From an uncultured Verrucomicrobiae bacterium (GTDB lineage: Bacteria > Verrucomicrobiota > Verrucomicrobiia > Chthoniobacterales > JAFAMB01): 64,000 nucleotides of DNA. The DNA is taken from the NCBI GenBank assembly GCA_963837955.1, contig CAWIPH010000002.1, forward strand, positions 3,232,001 through 3,296,000, written 5' to 3'. The notes under the pieces were generated by a model, which did no database searches, was not told where the DNA came from, and worked only from the letters and a program-made list of their open reading frames with translations. The position numbers and the translations under genes are program-made. Below are positions 1-9,742 of the stretch, piece by piece (positions within the stretch are counted from its first letter, which is position 1; every line of letters begins with the position of its first letter).

Positions 1-640
1 GCCAGGTTGCCTCCTCGGTATTTGTAGCGGAGAAATCAAGCCCGTACACCGGAGCCTTGGTGAGTTTGGCAGCGTCGTCTGTTAGCTCGGCCCAGGTTGC
101 CGGCGGAGTACTGATACCCGCGTCACTGAACATCTTCTTATTGTAGAAGATGGCTAAGCTGTTGCTGCCGATCGGCACTCCATAAACTTTTGCGCCATCG
201 CTGACCGCCGACTTAGGCCCCGCGTAGGTGTCCGGCCAAGTTGGTAATTTCGCAACATCCGAACTGATGTCCTTTAGGACGCCCGCTTTCGCTACGCGCA
301 ATACGTCCGGGTTGTCGATACAGGAGATGGCCGGCGATTTGTGGACAGCCGCCATCTGGAGCGTTCGGCTGAGCAACTCAGCAAATGGTACATAAGTGAG
401 CTGGATTTTGATGTCGGGATTTGCCGCCTCAAAATCGCTCTTGATCGCAGCCAGGCCGTCTAACTGGCCTTGGACATTGAAATAATGAACGATTTCAACT
501 GTGGTGACTTCCGACCGGGCAGATCCGGTTAAAGCCGCTATAAGCAGAGCGCAGGCGGACAAGCTCCACCGCATTCGGCGCATTATTTGGGGATCGTTTT
601 TCACGGGGGTTTTGGGGGTTCTGGTTGGGGTTTGCTTCAT
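1..640 (-). CDS. Sugar ABC transporter substrate-binding protein, N-terminal part (runs off left edge)
   Basis: Manual translation from ATG at 640 (alternative ATG 583): ...MRRMRWSLSACALLIAALTGSARSEVTTVEIVHYFNVQGQLDGLAAIKSDFEAANPDIKIQLTYVPFAELL; signal peptide plus the 'FEAANPDIKI' segment typical of carbohydrate SBPs; directly downstream of two permeases. Confidence 0.85.
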   Translation of the reverse strand, partial: MKQTPTRTPKTPVKNDPQIMRRMRWSLSACALLIAALTGSARSEVTTVEIVHYFNVQGQLDGLAAIKSDFEAANPDIKIQLTYVPFAELLSRTLQMAAVHKSPAISCIDNPDVLRVAKAGVLKDISSDVAKLPTWPDTYAGPKSAVSDGAKVYGVPIGSNSLAIFYNKKMFSDAGISTPPATWAELTDDAAKLTKAPVYGLDFSATNTEEATW

Positions 641-651
641 GCAGAAAGGCT

Positions 652-1602
652 TTACCTCCGCTGAAGGGCGAGTTGGAGCAGATTCAGAGAAAGAATGAGA
701 AGCACCATGACGGTCGCTATTGCGGCCGCCTGTCCGAAATTGAAGACCGAGAATCCGGTTTGATAAGCGTAGGTCGAAAGAAGGTGGGTGCTGTTGGCGG
801 GCCCGCCCTTAGTCATTATCCAAACGAGGTCGAAAACCTTCACGGTATAGATCGTTCCCAGCATCAGCACAGCAACTGTAACCGGCTTTAGCATCGGTAT
901 GGTGATGTGGCTAACCTGTTTCCAGTAAGAAGCGCCATCCAACTTCGCCGCCTCATAAATCTCGAGCGGCACAGCTCGCATACCGGCATACAAAAGGATA
1001 AAGTTAAACGGAAAACCGATCCAGATATTCGCGACGATCGTCGCCCCGAACGCGAGTTGCGGATCGGCTAACCAAGGAAAAGTGGGAAGACCAAATAAAT
1101 GTCCGATCTGGTTGAGCGGGCCAACTTCATTGAACAAGCCCTTGAATGTATTGGCGGCTGTAAGGATCGGAGCCAGCCAGGGAACGAGCAAAAGGGCGAC
1201 GAGTGCGTTCTTCAGCGGAAACTCATTTTGGAAGAACAGAGCTAGCAGAAACCCAATTGTGAATTGGAATAAGATACTGAAAAACGTGAAAAGGACGGTG
1301 TTCAGTAGCGCCCGCCAAAAGCTGGGATTGGACAAGCCTTGTTGATAGTTGGTCAATCCATTAAAAGGCATGTCTCCGCCCACAAATGTATCGATCGTCG
1401 CATCCCGAAAACTAAGTGCCACGCTGTAGATTACCGGGTACGCCAAAAATAGAACCGCAAACAGAACAATCGGGAGCACGAAACTGTAGGGCGCAAACAA
1501 ACGCCGCCAACGCCCGGCACGCCTTTTCGGAGAGCGCAAGTTGACGGGCCCAGACAGACCGGGCCCGTCTTTTGCGCCCCCAATTTGCGTTACAGTTTGC
1601 AT
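652..1602 (-). CDS. Carbohydrate ABC transporter permease (MalF/UgpA-like)
   Basis: 316 aa, multiple TM segments, EAA loop 'YEAAKLDGAS', 'VFDLVWIMTKGGP'. Confidence 0.93.
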   Translation of the reverse strand: MQTVTQIGGAKDGPGLSGPVNLRSPKRRAGRWRRLFAPYSFVLPIVLFAVLFLAYPVIYSVALSFRDATIDTFVGGDMPFNGLTNYQQGLSNPSFWRALLNTVLFTFFSILFQFTIGFLLALFFQNEFPLKNALVALLLVPWLAPILTAANTFKGLFNEVGPLNQIGHLFGLPTFPWLADPQLAFGATIVANIWIGFPFNFILLYAGMRAVPLEIYEAAKLDGASYWKQVSHITIPMLKPVTVAVLMLGTIYTVKVFDLVWIMTKGGPANSTHLLSTYAYQTGFSVFNFGQAAAIATVMVLLILSLNLLQLALQRR

Positions 1603-1620
1603 CCGATTAACAATTTCGAA

Positions 1621-2481
1621 TTAACGCAGAGCACCCCGCGTCAATCCGGAAATAATAAACCGACTCGCATACAGCACGACCACGACGGCAGGGATCGCTG
1701 TAAGCACGCTTCCAGGAAGCAGGAAGCTCCAATCCACACCAAATTGCCCGACCGCCTTGTACAGTTCGAGGATAAGGGGTTGTAAACTAGATTCGGTGAT
1801 GAGGCTCAGAGAAAAAATGAGGTCACCCCACGCCATCAGGAAACTGAAAATACCAATCGTGACAAAACCGGGGATCATCACCGGTATGACGACGGAGCGG
1901 AACGCTCTCCATTGACCCGCTCCCTCGACCAGGGCCGCCTCGACCAATTCGTAGGGGAACTCGCGCACATAGGCGCAAAGCATGACTAAGGCGAACGGAA
2001 CGGTCAGAGTCATGTCCGCCAAGATCAGACCCGGCAATGTGTTCACCAGGTTCGACCGCGAAAACATCACAAATAGCGGAATCACGAAAACGATCGCCGG
2101 AAGCATCTGGCTCGTGAGCATGAACGACTGCAGCACTTTGCGCCCACGAGGCTTTAGCCAAACGATGCTGTAGGCGGCAGGACCGGTGACCAAAAGAGTA
2201 AGCGCCGATGTCGCCAGACTCACCACGAAGCTGGTCCCCGCGTGGGGCGCCAGCCGGCGGAGTGCGTCCGACCAGTTCTGAAAAACAAACTCCCGTGGCC
2301 AAAGGGCGAGATGCACACCGAAAAGCTCGCGCGGAGTCATAAAACTCCCCGAAAGTACCCAGTACAACGGCAGGAGCAGTACGATTGTGATGACCACTCC
2401 GAATAGGGTGTACCGCCATGGCGACGACGTTCCGGGGGACGGCATTAGAGAAATCCTAGGCCGAATTATTTCGGGATACAA
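1621..2481 (-). CDS. Carbohydrate ABC transporter permease (MalG/UgpE-like)
   Basis: 286 aa, TM segments, EAA loop 'ELVEAALVEGAG', C-terminal 'GLTRGALR'. Confidence 0.92.
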   Translation of the reverse strand: MYPEIIRPRISLMPSPGTSSPWRYTLFGVVITIVLLLPLYWVLSGSFMTPRELFGVHLALWPREFVFQNWSDALRRLAPHAGTSFVVSLATSALTLLVTGPAAYSIVWLKPRGRKVLQSFMLTSQMLPAIVFVIPLFVMFSRSNLVNTLPGLILADMTLTVPFALVMLCAYVREFPYELVEAALVEGAGQWRAFRSVVIPVMIPGFVTIGIFSFLMAWGDLIFSLSLITESSLQPLILELYKAVGQFGVDWSFLLPGSVLTAIPAVVVVLYASRFIISGLTRGALR

Positions 2482-2659
2482 TTAAAATCATCCTGCAGGC
2501 GGAACAGGTAGGGGGGTTGGTAGTCCATCCTAGTCTACAACGATTGCATCTCACAACCTTACCGGAACGTAGAAAACCCGGACGATTCCGACCTTCTTAA
2601 AACTCAATCCGCCTGCGCGGCACAAATCGGGCTTAAGCGTCCGTAGTCGGGATGCCTCT

Positions 2660-2694
2660 AAAAGAAATTGACCCAGCACCTGGGTGCTGGGTCA
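2660..2694 (-). terminator. Rho-independent terminator at the distal end of the polysaccharide locus
   Basis: Perfect 12-bp inverted repeat TGACCCAGCACC-nn-GGTGCTGGGTCA (2669-2694) followed on the minus strand by ATTTCTTTT, 54 nt after the stop of 2748..3521. Confidence 0.7.
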
Positions 2695-2747
2695 TCAGGT
2701 CATTAATCATTCCCGCCTCCCCATTTAGGAGGGGAGCAGACGCACGC

Positions 2748-3521
2748 TCATGAACTCGGGCCCGAAGTTCCGGTAAAGCTGCCAAGCCTTCGGGCAATCA
2801 TGAAGTAGCCGAGAGGAAAGTGTTTCGCAGTCTTCTCTGATACTTTTTTCCCGAGAGGCGAGGCGACCAGCCTTCGACAGAGAGCTTGGAACGTGACCGC
2901 AGTCCACTCTCCGATCGGACCGAACCGTAAAATGGATTTTGAAAAAATATCCACGACAATTTCGGGTGCGCCCCCAACCTCTTTGATTAGGATAACGTCG
3001 AATCCGGTTGCTTCGGCAAAGCGTCGGAGCGCGTACTTTGTATATCGATAGAAGTCATAGGGCTCTTCGTGCAACCAGTAGAAGAACGGCACATTTAACA
3101 GCAATTTGCCGCCTGGCTTGAGTAATCTGGCCATCTCACGCCATAAATGCTCGGGCACGGGTATATGCTCGAGAACATCTGAGAGAAGAATGGAGTCGAA
3201 ACTCGCGTCGGCAAACGGCAAATCCTTTGTAAGGTCGCACTCCGCGTCCAGGTGGTCACTGCCATGCAGCGAGTTGCTCCAGTCTACGCATACGGTTTCA
3301 GAGACATATTCTCGATATAGGCCGTAGAAGGGAACCTTCCCGCAGCCTAGATCCAGCAAGCGGCCACGACAATGGCTCTTCATGTGCGTATGGTAGCAAC
3401 TCGCGACCAGTTCGCCGACCAGTCTTGATCCCGGGTTGATCTCCTTCGGGTTGCTGGAGGCCCTGAGTTGACCATGCTTTAACACAAATTTCGAAGGGGC
3501 CCATGTCTCAAGGTTCCTCAT
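2748..3521 (-). CDS. Class I SAM-dependent methyltransferase (polysaccharide-cluster type)
   Basis: Motif I 'LLDLGCG', 'FDSILLSDVLEH', 'RLLKPGG', 'HEEPYDFYRYT'. Confidence 0.88.
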   Translation of the reverse strand: MRNLETWAPSKFVLKHGQLRASSNPKEINPGSRLVGELVASCYHTHMKSHCRGRLLDLGCGKVPFYGLYREYVSETVCVDWSNSLHGSDHLDAECDLTKDLPFADASFDSILLSDVLEHIPVPEHLWREMARLLKPGGKLLLNVPFFYWLHEEPYDFYRYTKYALRRFAEATGFDVILIKEVGGAPEIVVDIFSKSILRFGPIGEWTAVTFQALCRRLVASPLGKKVSEKTAKHFPLGYFMIARRLGSFTGTSGPSS

Positions 3522-3698
3522 CTTTCCGCATGTTGGTTCGTTATATTACCAACTCAAGTAAGACGATCCCTGGAATAACGTGTCCAAGCCCGCTCAGCAG
3601 GGGTCTCGGGGTATCCGCTCTAACAACTAATACCACGCTTGGCCATGAAGCCAGTTTACCATCGCCTACCGGTATCCGTCAGGCAGAACCTAGGTAAG

Positions 3699-4994
3699 TT
3701 AGTTCGGTGACTTCTGTGTCATCACCCTACGATACAATTCTACCAGAGCGTCATTGCGTTTGCTCAGGTCGAACTCGGCTTCCACGAAGGCACGCCCTTT
3801 CCTGCCGATCTCAAGCCATAAATCCGGTTGGCCAATTAACTCCGCCAGCTTTGCCGTAAGCGAGTCCGTATCGCGTTCAGGAACAAGAAAACCGGATTGC
3901 CCATCCAGGATGCTTTCAGAGAAACCATTGTGATTTGTACAGACAACCGGCAAACCCATAGCTTGCGCCTCTTGAAGAACTATGCCCTGGCCTTCAAAAT
4001 CGCCATCGGAACTTAAGACGCTCGCGAGGACAAAAATATGCGATTTGGCAAAGAGCCGGCGAACCTCGTCTTGGGTCTTCCATCCGACCAACGTGACATT
4101 CTTTTGGAGATTGAGTCGTTCGATGAGAAGAGACAGATCTTGGCGAAGAACACCCTCTCCGACGATTGTGTACTCTAGCTTTGGGAACTGCCTGACAAGA
4201 TTTGCAACCGCCTTGATGGAGTACTCGAGCCCTTTTTTTTCCACCAGGCGACCGACTGTAATCAGCCGGATGGCGCCATTTGAATCGACTCTTCTTTCGA
4301 GGAAATCGAACTTCGTAAGATCCGTACCGAGCCTGAAGCTGAAAATCTTCGCAGGATCGCAGCCCGCGGCAATTAATTTTCCGCGAACGAACTTACTGGA
4401 ACAAGTGAAAGCTTCTCCCTTGCGGAAGAGTTCGTCATAGACACTTGTGCCATGCTGCGCAACATAGGAAGCAATATCGTATCCATGAAACGTGGTGAGC
4501 AGGGGACCTTGCAGGGCACCGATATCGCGCAATTGCTGGCCAACAGCGCCCGCTGTTCCGAAATGGCAATGGATTATGTCATACGCCGGTGAAAACGCGT
4601 GACGGTAAAGCATCTCGAGATGGATCGCCGCCTTGCCGTATCGGAGAACATACATCGATCGCAGTAAGCGCATAGGCCTTCGCCAACCCCACTTCAGGAC
4701 GATTTTTGCAGCAGCCCGTACACGTTCCTTCCGGCTCGCGGAAGTGAGATACTGCGTCCGGTCGATAAGTTGATACTTCTTTACCTGCGGATCGACTAGA
4801 TCGTCGCTATTCCGATAACGGGCGAAAATGTCTACCGTGTGTCCACGCTCAATTAATCCGACAATTTGACTGACAATAAACGTTTCTGAGGTCTTCGGAA
4901 ATATATCAAGCAGGAAGGCAATTCTCATCTTCGGACGGTTCAAGCCCGCTCGATTATTCCGTGGTTTCTTAATGGATTCCGTTTGCAGAAGCAT
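3699..4994 (-). CDS. GT4 glycosyltransferase, WcaL-like
   Basis: 'FPKTSETFI', 'IHCHFG', 'TFHGYD', 'VGRLVEKKG', 'EGQGIVLQEAQAMGLPVV'; true start may be MRIAF. Confidence 0.88.
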   Translation of the reverse strand: MLLQTESIKKPRNNRAGLNRPKMRIAFLLDIFPKTSETFIVSQIVGLIERGHTVDIFARYRNSDDLVDPQVKKYQLIDRTQYLTSASRKERVRAAAKIVLKWGWRRPMRLLRSMYVLRYGKAAIHLEMLYRHAFSPAYDIIHCHFGTAGAVGQQLRDIGALQGPLLTTFHGYDIASYVAQHGTSVYDELFRKGEAFTCSSKFVRGKLIAAGCDPAKIFSFRLGTDLTKFDFLERRVDSNGAIRLITVGRLVEKKGLEYSIKAVANLVRQFPKLEYTIVGEGVLRQDLSLLIERLNLQKNVTLVGWKTQDEVRRLFAKSHIFVLASVLSSDGDFEGQGIVLQEAQAMGLPVVCTNHNGFSESILDGQSGFLVPERDTDSLTAKLAELIGQPDLWLEIGRKGRAFVEAEFDLSKRNDALVELYRRVMTQKSPN

Positions 4995-5205
4995 AGAAGC
5001 AAACCGCTATAGCGCACTGGGTCAGCCCCGGAAATGAACCTTTCTCCTCGGCACTGCGCAGGAGCATCTAAAGAACAATGAATTCCAGGCCGAGCAATCT
5101 CGCAGCAATCTTTTCGGCGCCGACCCGGTCGAATCGTATGTGCATTTGCAAAGTTGAGCGAGGTAGAACTACCATCAACAGGAATAAGAGCCCTGGGAGC
5201 GGTTT

Positions 5206-5967
5206 CTAGCGTCGTTCGAAGAAATAGAAATCGGCGAAGGACGTTTCGGCCGGTCGCGCGAGATCATAGGGGTATTTATTAGGGAGATAGTCCGTTTTCC
5301 GCCATTGCGGCTCTTGCTCCTCAATCCAATGAGTGAACAAGCGATGGCGGACATGCGGCGCATCGCTCGGCTCAACCTTGTTGCTTGAGTAGATGACAAC
5401 GAATCGGCCGGCATTGGCGAAAAGAGAGCGCATATAGGCGTCAAACACCTTGTCCTCGACCAGATGGTAGATGACGTCGAGCGAGAGCACGAGATCGAGC
5501 CGGCCGAGATCCGCCGGCATCCGACTGACGAGATAAAAGCTTTTCGCCGCGTCGCCGGAGAAGCGCTGGCGGCAAGCAGAGACCGAACTCTCCGCCACGT
5601 CGATGCCGACATAGCGCGGGTATTCCGCAAGGGTGAGCTGCGCGCCGTCGCCACAACCAAATTCGATGACTGATTGGATGCCCATTCTCGCAACGAAGCC
5701 ATTCAAGGTTTCCGCCTTGAATTCTGCGAGGCGCCCGAAAGAGCCGGGACCCGAGGTGCCACCCTGCCGGTAGCGCTTCTCCCAGTAAGACGAGGAGTCC
5801 CGGAAGCGACGCCGCCACCCTCGCAACTCTTTGACCACCGGGATGCGCGCGACAGAGCGCGCGGCCGCGCCAAGGACGGGCGTCGCTTTTACCAGGGCCT
5901 TCAGGCGGCTACCGCTGTCGGTCTGGCTTGGCTTCATCTGATTCCTTCTGAATAGCTGTTGGGTCAT
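5206..5967 (-). CDS. Class I SAM-dependent methyltransferase
   Basis: 'YWEKRYRQGGTSGPGS', 'VIEFGCGDG', 'SLDVIYHL'. Confidence 0.82.
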   Translation of the reverse strand: MTQQLFRRNQMKPSQTDSGSRLKALVKATPVLGAAARSVARIPVVKELRGWRRRFRDSSSYWEKRYRQGGTSGPGSFGRLAEFKAETLNGFVARMGIQSVIEFGCGDGAQLTLAEYPRYVGIDVAESSVSACRQRFSGDAAKSFYLVSRMPADLGRLDLVLSLDVIYHLVEDKVFDAYMRSLFANAGRFVVIYSSNKVEPSDAPHVRHRLFTHWIEEQEPQWRKTDYLPNKYPYDLARPAETSFADFYFFERR

Positions 5968-6240
5968 TATGGTTGTTCGTCACTATCAAGTTTCCTAGCA
6001 GCCATTTATGCCAGCCGAAGAGTGACCGGTTAATGCACGCGAACGAATTTTTGCGCCTTCGCACTGCAGAAAAAATGAGTCTCATTCAAACACCAATTCC
6101 GAATTTGGAGCCGGCGCCCATGAGCCTGCCGGTCGATGCGCCTAAACCCGTTCACTGGACAGCCGCAACCAAATTTCAAATCCCTGAAATGCTGGGTCAC
6201 TATCATCGCGTCCGGCCGGACTGTCTTTGCGGCATCCGCT

Positions 6241-7761
6241 CTATCCAGCGTTATGGCGCTTAAAGAAAGTCATGCCCATGATCTGCAGATCGAGAATCAG
6301 ACTCCAATTTTCCAAGTACCAAACGTCGTAGTTAATCCGTTCCCCCAAATCTGTATTGCCTCGCAATCCATGGATCTGCGCCCAACCGGTTATTCCCGGT
6401 TTCGCATTGTGACGAGCATTATAGTGTGGAATGTCGTGTTTAAACCTAGCGACTAATTCGGGGCGTTCCGGCCGAGGTCCGACCAAGCTCATTTCCCCCC
6501 TAAGAACGTTCCAAAACTGCGGCACTTCATCAATGTTCCATTTCCGCATGAAGGCTCCGATTCGCAATCGCCGCGGATCATTCTGGATGGTCCACCCAAC
6601 TTCCCCTTCCCGCTCCGCATCTAGCCGCATACTGCGGATCTTAATGATATCAAAGAGTTTGCCGTTTCTTCCGGATCGCCGTTGCCGGTAGAAAATCGGA
6701 CCCGGAGACTCAGAATATACGATCGCACCAAAAATGAAGAGAATCGGTAATGAGAGCAAAAGCCCTACCGTTGCTCCAGCGATATCAACGGCCCGTTTGA
6801 CTGCCCGGCTCACGATTCGATCGAGAGGTAGCCGGCTGACTCCCAAAACTGGTATTCCGCTGATGGTGTCCAGGTTCAGTCCGGAGACCAGGATCTGGAA
6901 ATAGGAGGGCACAACTTTGAACTCGACCATTTCGCGCTCGCAGGCGTTGGCCAATTGAAGAATGCGTTGCCGGTCATAATCGAGATCAGCCAAAATCAAG
7001 ATATCGATCGCGACCGAAGAAATAATGCGCTCTGCTTCCTCAATTGCGCCTAGATACGGAATGGAGATCTCCGATCGTTCGTCAGCGTGACCGTGAATGT
7101 AGCCTATGACTTGGTACCCCGAACCGGGGGAGTGGATAAAATTCCGCGCTAAATGAGCAGAATGCTGGTTCCAGCCGACAAAGACGACACGCTGGCGAAG
7201 CGCAGAAAGGGCAGAAGTCCGAATCAGGAGTAGCTGGAACACGCTGCGCCAGATCACCAGCATACTCGGGGTGATCACCCAAGCCATTGCGCAGTAGACT
7301 CGTGAAACGGGCGGCTCGAATTTGACTATGAACGATACGAGCAAGATGAATCCGACCCAGGGCACTGACCATTTTAGAATCCGGGTAGTGACAGTCCGTA
7401 AGTTGAGCAGTTTGCGATGGTCGTAGACTCCTCCGTAGCAAAGCATCCCTACGTAAAGCACGGAGGCGAGAATGATGTACCCGAGATATTCGCCGATCTC
7501 GGGTGGCGAGTTAATTCCCCATTCACGGATCGGCGTCTGAAATCGGATGTAGAAGCTTAACAAGAGCGCGCACAGGATGACCAGAATGTCTCCTGCGAAA
7601 GCGACAGCGACTATTTTCTGACCCAGATCTCGGCCCCGGCGGGCGCGCTCATCCAGCGTCGGAAAAGACCAGAGAACTTTTCTGGCATCAGCTACTCCAT
7701 CCGGCAAACCTGAGACTTCCGAAACTACTTTCCCAGCAAACAATTTCTCGTTAATCGACAT
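6241..7761 (-). CDS. Priming sugar transferase (undecaprenyl-phosphate glucose phosphotransferase, WcaJ-like)
   Basis: N-terminal TMs, central Rossmann-like region, C-terminal 'KRAVDI...IDEVPQFWNVLRGEMSLVGPRPERP...KPGITGWAQIHG'. Confidence 0.92.
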   Translation of the reverse strand: MSINEKLFAGKVVSEVSGLPDGVADARKVLWSFPTLDERARRGRDLGQKIVAVAFAGDILVILCALLLSFYIRFQTPIREWGINSPPEIGEYLGYIILASVLYVGMLCYGGVYDHRKLLNLRTVTTRILKWSVPWVGFILLVSFIVKFEPPVSRVYCAMAWVITPSMLVIWRSVFQLLLIRTSALSALRQRVVFVGWNQHSAHLARNFIHSPGSGYQVIGYIHGHADERSEISIPYLGAIEEAERIISSVAIDILILADLDYDRQRILQLANACEREMVEFKVVPSYFQILVSGLNLDTISGIPVLGVSRLPLDRIVSRAVKRAVDIAGATVGLLLSLPILFIFGAIVYSESPGPIFYRQRRSGRNGKLFDIIKIRSMRLDAEREGEVGWTIQNDPRRLRIGAFMRKWNIDEVPQFWNVLRGEMSLVGPRPERPELVARFKHDIPHYNARHNAKPGITGWAQIHGLRGNTDLGERINYDVWYLENWSLILDLQIMGMTFFKRHNAG

Positions 7762-8247
7762 ATCGTCATCCGTGTTCGACTTCAGTCAGACGTAAGACCA
7801 AATTCTTATATTCAGGAGCATCCCTAAAAACATTCAGGGACGAAAACTCAGCGTGGTGAAAGAAAACCGGCGGAGCGAGACGCAGACAATTTAGGACCAA
7901 GTCTGACGCTCCAACATTTTCAACCCTACCCTCCTTTTTTTTCCCTGAAGCAACAGTAACATGTTGCATTGTATCCCCCATACCCGGCGCTCGGCATGAT
8001 TTTCCAGTTCTTCTGGAAATTATCAGCCCGAACCCCGCTAAACGACCAAAGAAGGCCCCCAAAGTCAAGTGATTTGTCCATCGAATCTCACGACACAGCC
8101 TGAACTGGATCGTAGTTAGTTGATCATCTCAGAATTGCGTGGGATAACGCCTCACGCTCATGATCCAAAACGCTATGTTGCGTTACCTTGCCGAAATTCG
8201 GCCGCACGCCCAGCGCCAAATAAAATCAGCTAGATTTCGATGGAACC

Positions 8248-9534
8248 CTACAACTCCGATGCCGCCAGAGGAGTTAGTCTGTTGGCAACTAACCCTCTTT
8301 CAGTCATTTTTCGTTCTGGGAGGCCGCAGCCATTGGCCATCACCGATTCGACGTACTTGCGCAGCCGATCAATAAAAATAGATGTATCAAACCTGCGGGC
8401 ATGTAACTGGATCTGTTCCGGCACGAACATATCCTCGGAAGACTCAAAGGATAGGATTGCGTTAGCTAACGCATCCGCCGTTTGCTCCGCAAAAAACACA
8501 CCGGTAATCGCGCTACCCTCTTCGAGCGTCTGTTGCCGAGTCGGAGCATAGACGCCTACGACAGTTTCCAGAGATCCTCCCTTTCCAAAAGCGATCACCG
8601 GGCGACCATACGATTGCGCTTCCAAGGGAACCATCCCAAAATCTTCGTCTGCGGCGAACAGCAAAGCTCGGCATTGCGCATAGACATTTCGTAATTGGGC
8701 CTCATCCACCTCTCCTAGGAATTCAATATTCGGGCCGGAATGCCTCTTCAACCGCTTCATTTCTGGCCCGTCGCCCACGATCACTAATTTCCGGCCGAGC
8801 TTGCTACAAGCGTCTATCAAAATATCCGTACGCTTATATGGAACAAGTCGTCCTACGGCTAGGTAGTAATCCTCATGCTTCCTGGCCAAGAAGCTCTGGG
8901 AAGTATTGATTGGAGGATGAATGATAGTGCTGTCTCGCCGGTAATACTTGCGGATACGCCCGGCGACATAGTTAGAATTTGCGATGAAGTGATCCACTCT
9001 TTGGGCCGCCGAATAGTCCCAGTTCCGTACATAGTGAGAGGCTAGCCCGAAAATTGTTTGGGCTAGCGGAGACATCTGACGTAAATATGCTGAGTACCCA
9101 TCCCAGAGGTAACGCATGGGAGAATGGCAGTAGCAAATATGCGTCGCATTCGGGTCAGTAACTACCCCTTTCATTGGCCCACTATCCGAGGTAATGACCA
9201 GATCGTATCCGCTCAGATCCAGCATTTCCACAGCCAAAGGATAAAATGGTAAAAAATGCCGATGGGCTCGGCGCGCGCCTGGGGTTTTGTCGAGAAAAGA
9301 GGTAGTTATTTTACGTTTCTGTAACGCCGGCGGAAGTTTTTGCTTATCCAGGAAAAGAGTAAAAACGTCGGCAGTTGGGAATATGCTTGCGATGGTGTCG
9401 ACGACCCGTTCGCCACCTGCCAGCGAGATAAACCAATGATGAACTATGGCCACTCGCATACCGTCGAAGTCGATACTATGCTGGTGAGTACTGTGAGTCA
9501 GGCATTCATCTGCCGTCTGAAGGAACGTGCTCAT
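8248..9534 (-). CDS. GT4 glycosyltransferase
   Basis: 'VAIVHHW...GGERV', 'CYCHSPMRYLWD', 'EDFGMVPLEAQSYGRPVIA'. Confidence 0.9.
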   Translation of the reverse strand: MSTFLQTADECLTHSTHQHSIDFDGMRVAIVHHWFISLAGGERVVDTIASIFPTADVFTLFLDKQKLPPALQKRKITTSFLDKTPGARRAHRHFLPFYPLAVEMLDLSGYDLVITSDSGPMKGVVTDPNATHICYCHSPMRYLWDGYSAYLRQMSPLAQTIFGLASHYVRNWDYSAAQRVDHFIANSNYVAGRIRKYYRRDSTIIHPPINTSQSFLARKHEDYYLAVGRLVPYKRTDILIDACSKLGRKLVIVGDGPEMKRLKRHSGPNIEFLGEVDEAQLRNVYAQCRALLFAADEDFGMVPLEAQSYGRPVIAFGKGGSLETVVGVYAPTRQQTLEEGSAITGVFFAEQTADALANAILSFESSEDMFVPEQIQLHARRFDTSIFIDRLRKYVESVMANGCGLPERKMTERGLVANRLTPLAASEL

Positions 9535-9742
9535 TCGGTTAGTGGATAATCAACAATTGGTGAGTGGAAGAGATCGAGACAGTGACAGAAATCCGGAGAT
9601 CTGGCGGCCAGTTCCACGGAGTCTCGGTTTGGTTCCAGTTAAATCCCGTCGATGTTAACATAGATATACTTTTTCAGCGGGCGCAGCTGACCACGAGGAA
9701 CAAGCAAGACAGGCACGCCGAGGTCTCCGACCGTGGAGAAGG

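Noticed and set aside
2669..2694. Operator site for the sugar ABC operon
   Set aside because: The adjacent T-rich tract on the minus strand and the position after a stop codon fit a terminator better
7766..8068. 100-aa ORF upstream of the priming transferase
   Set aside because: TTG start, no motif, poly-T and promoter-like composition
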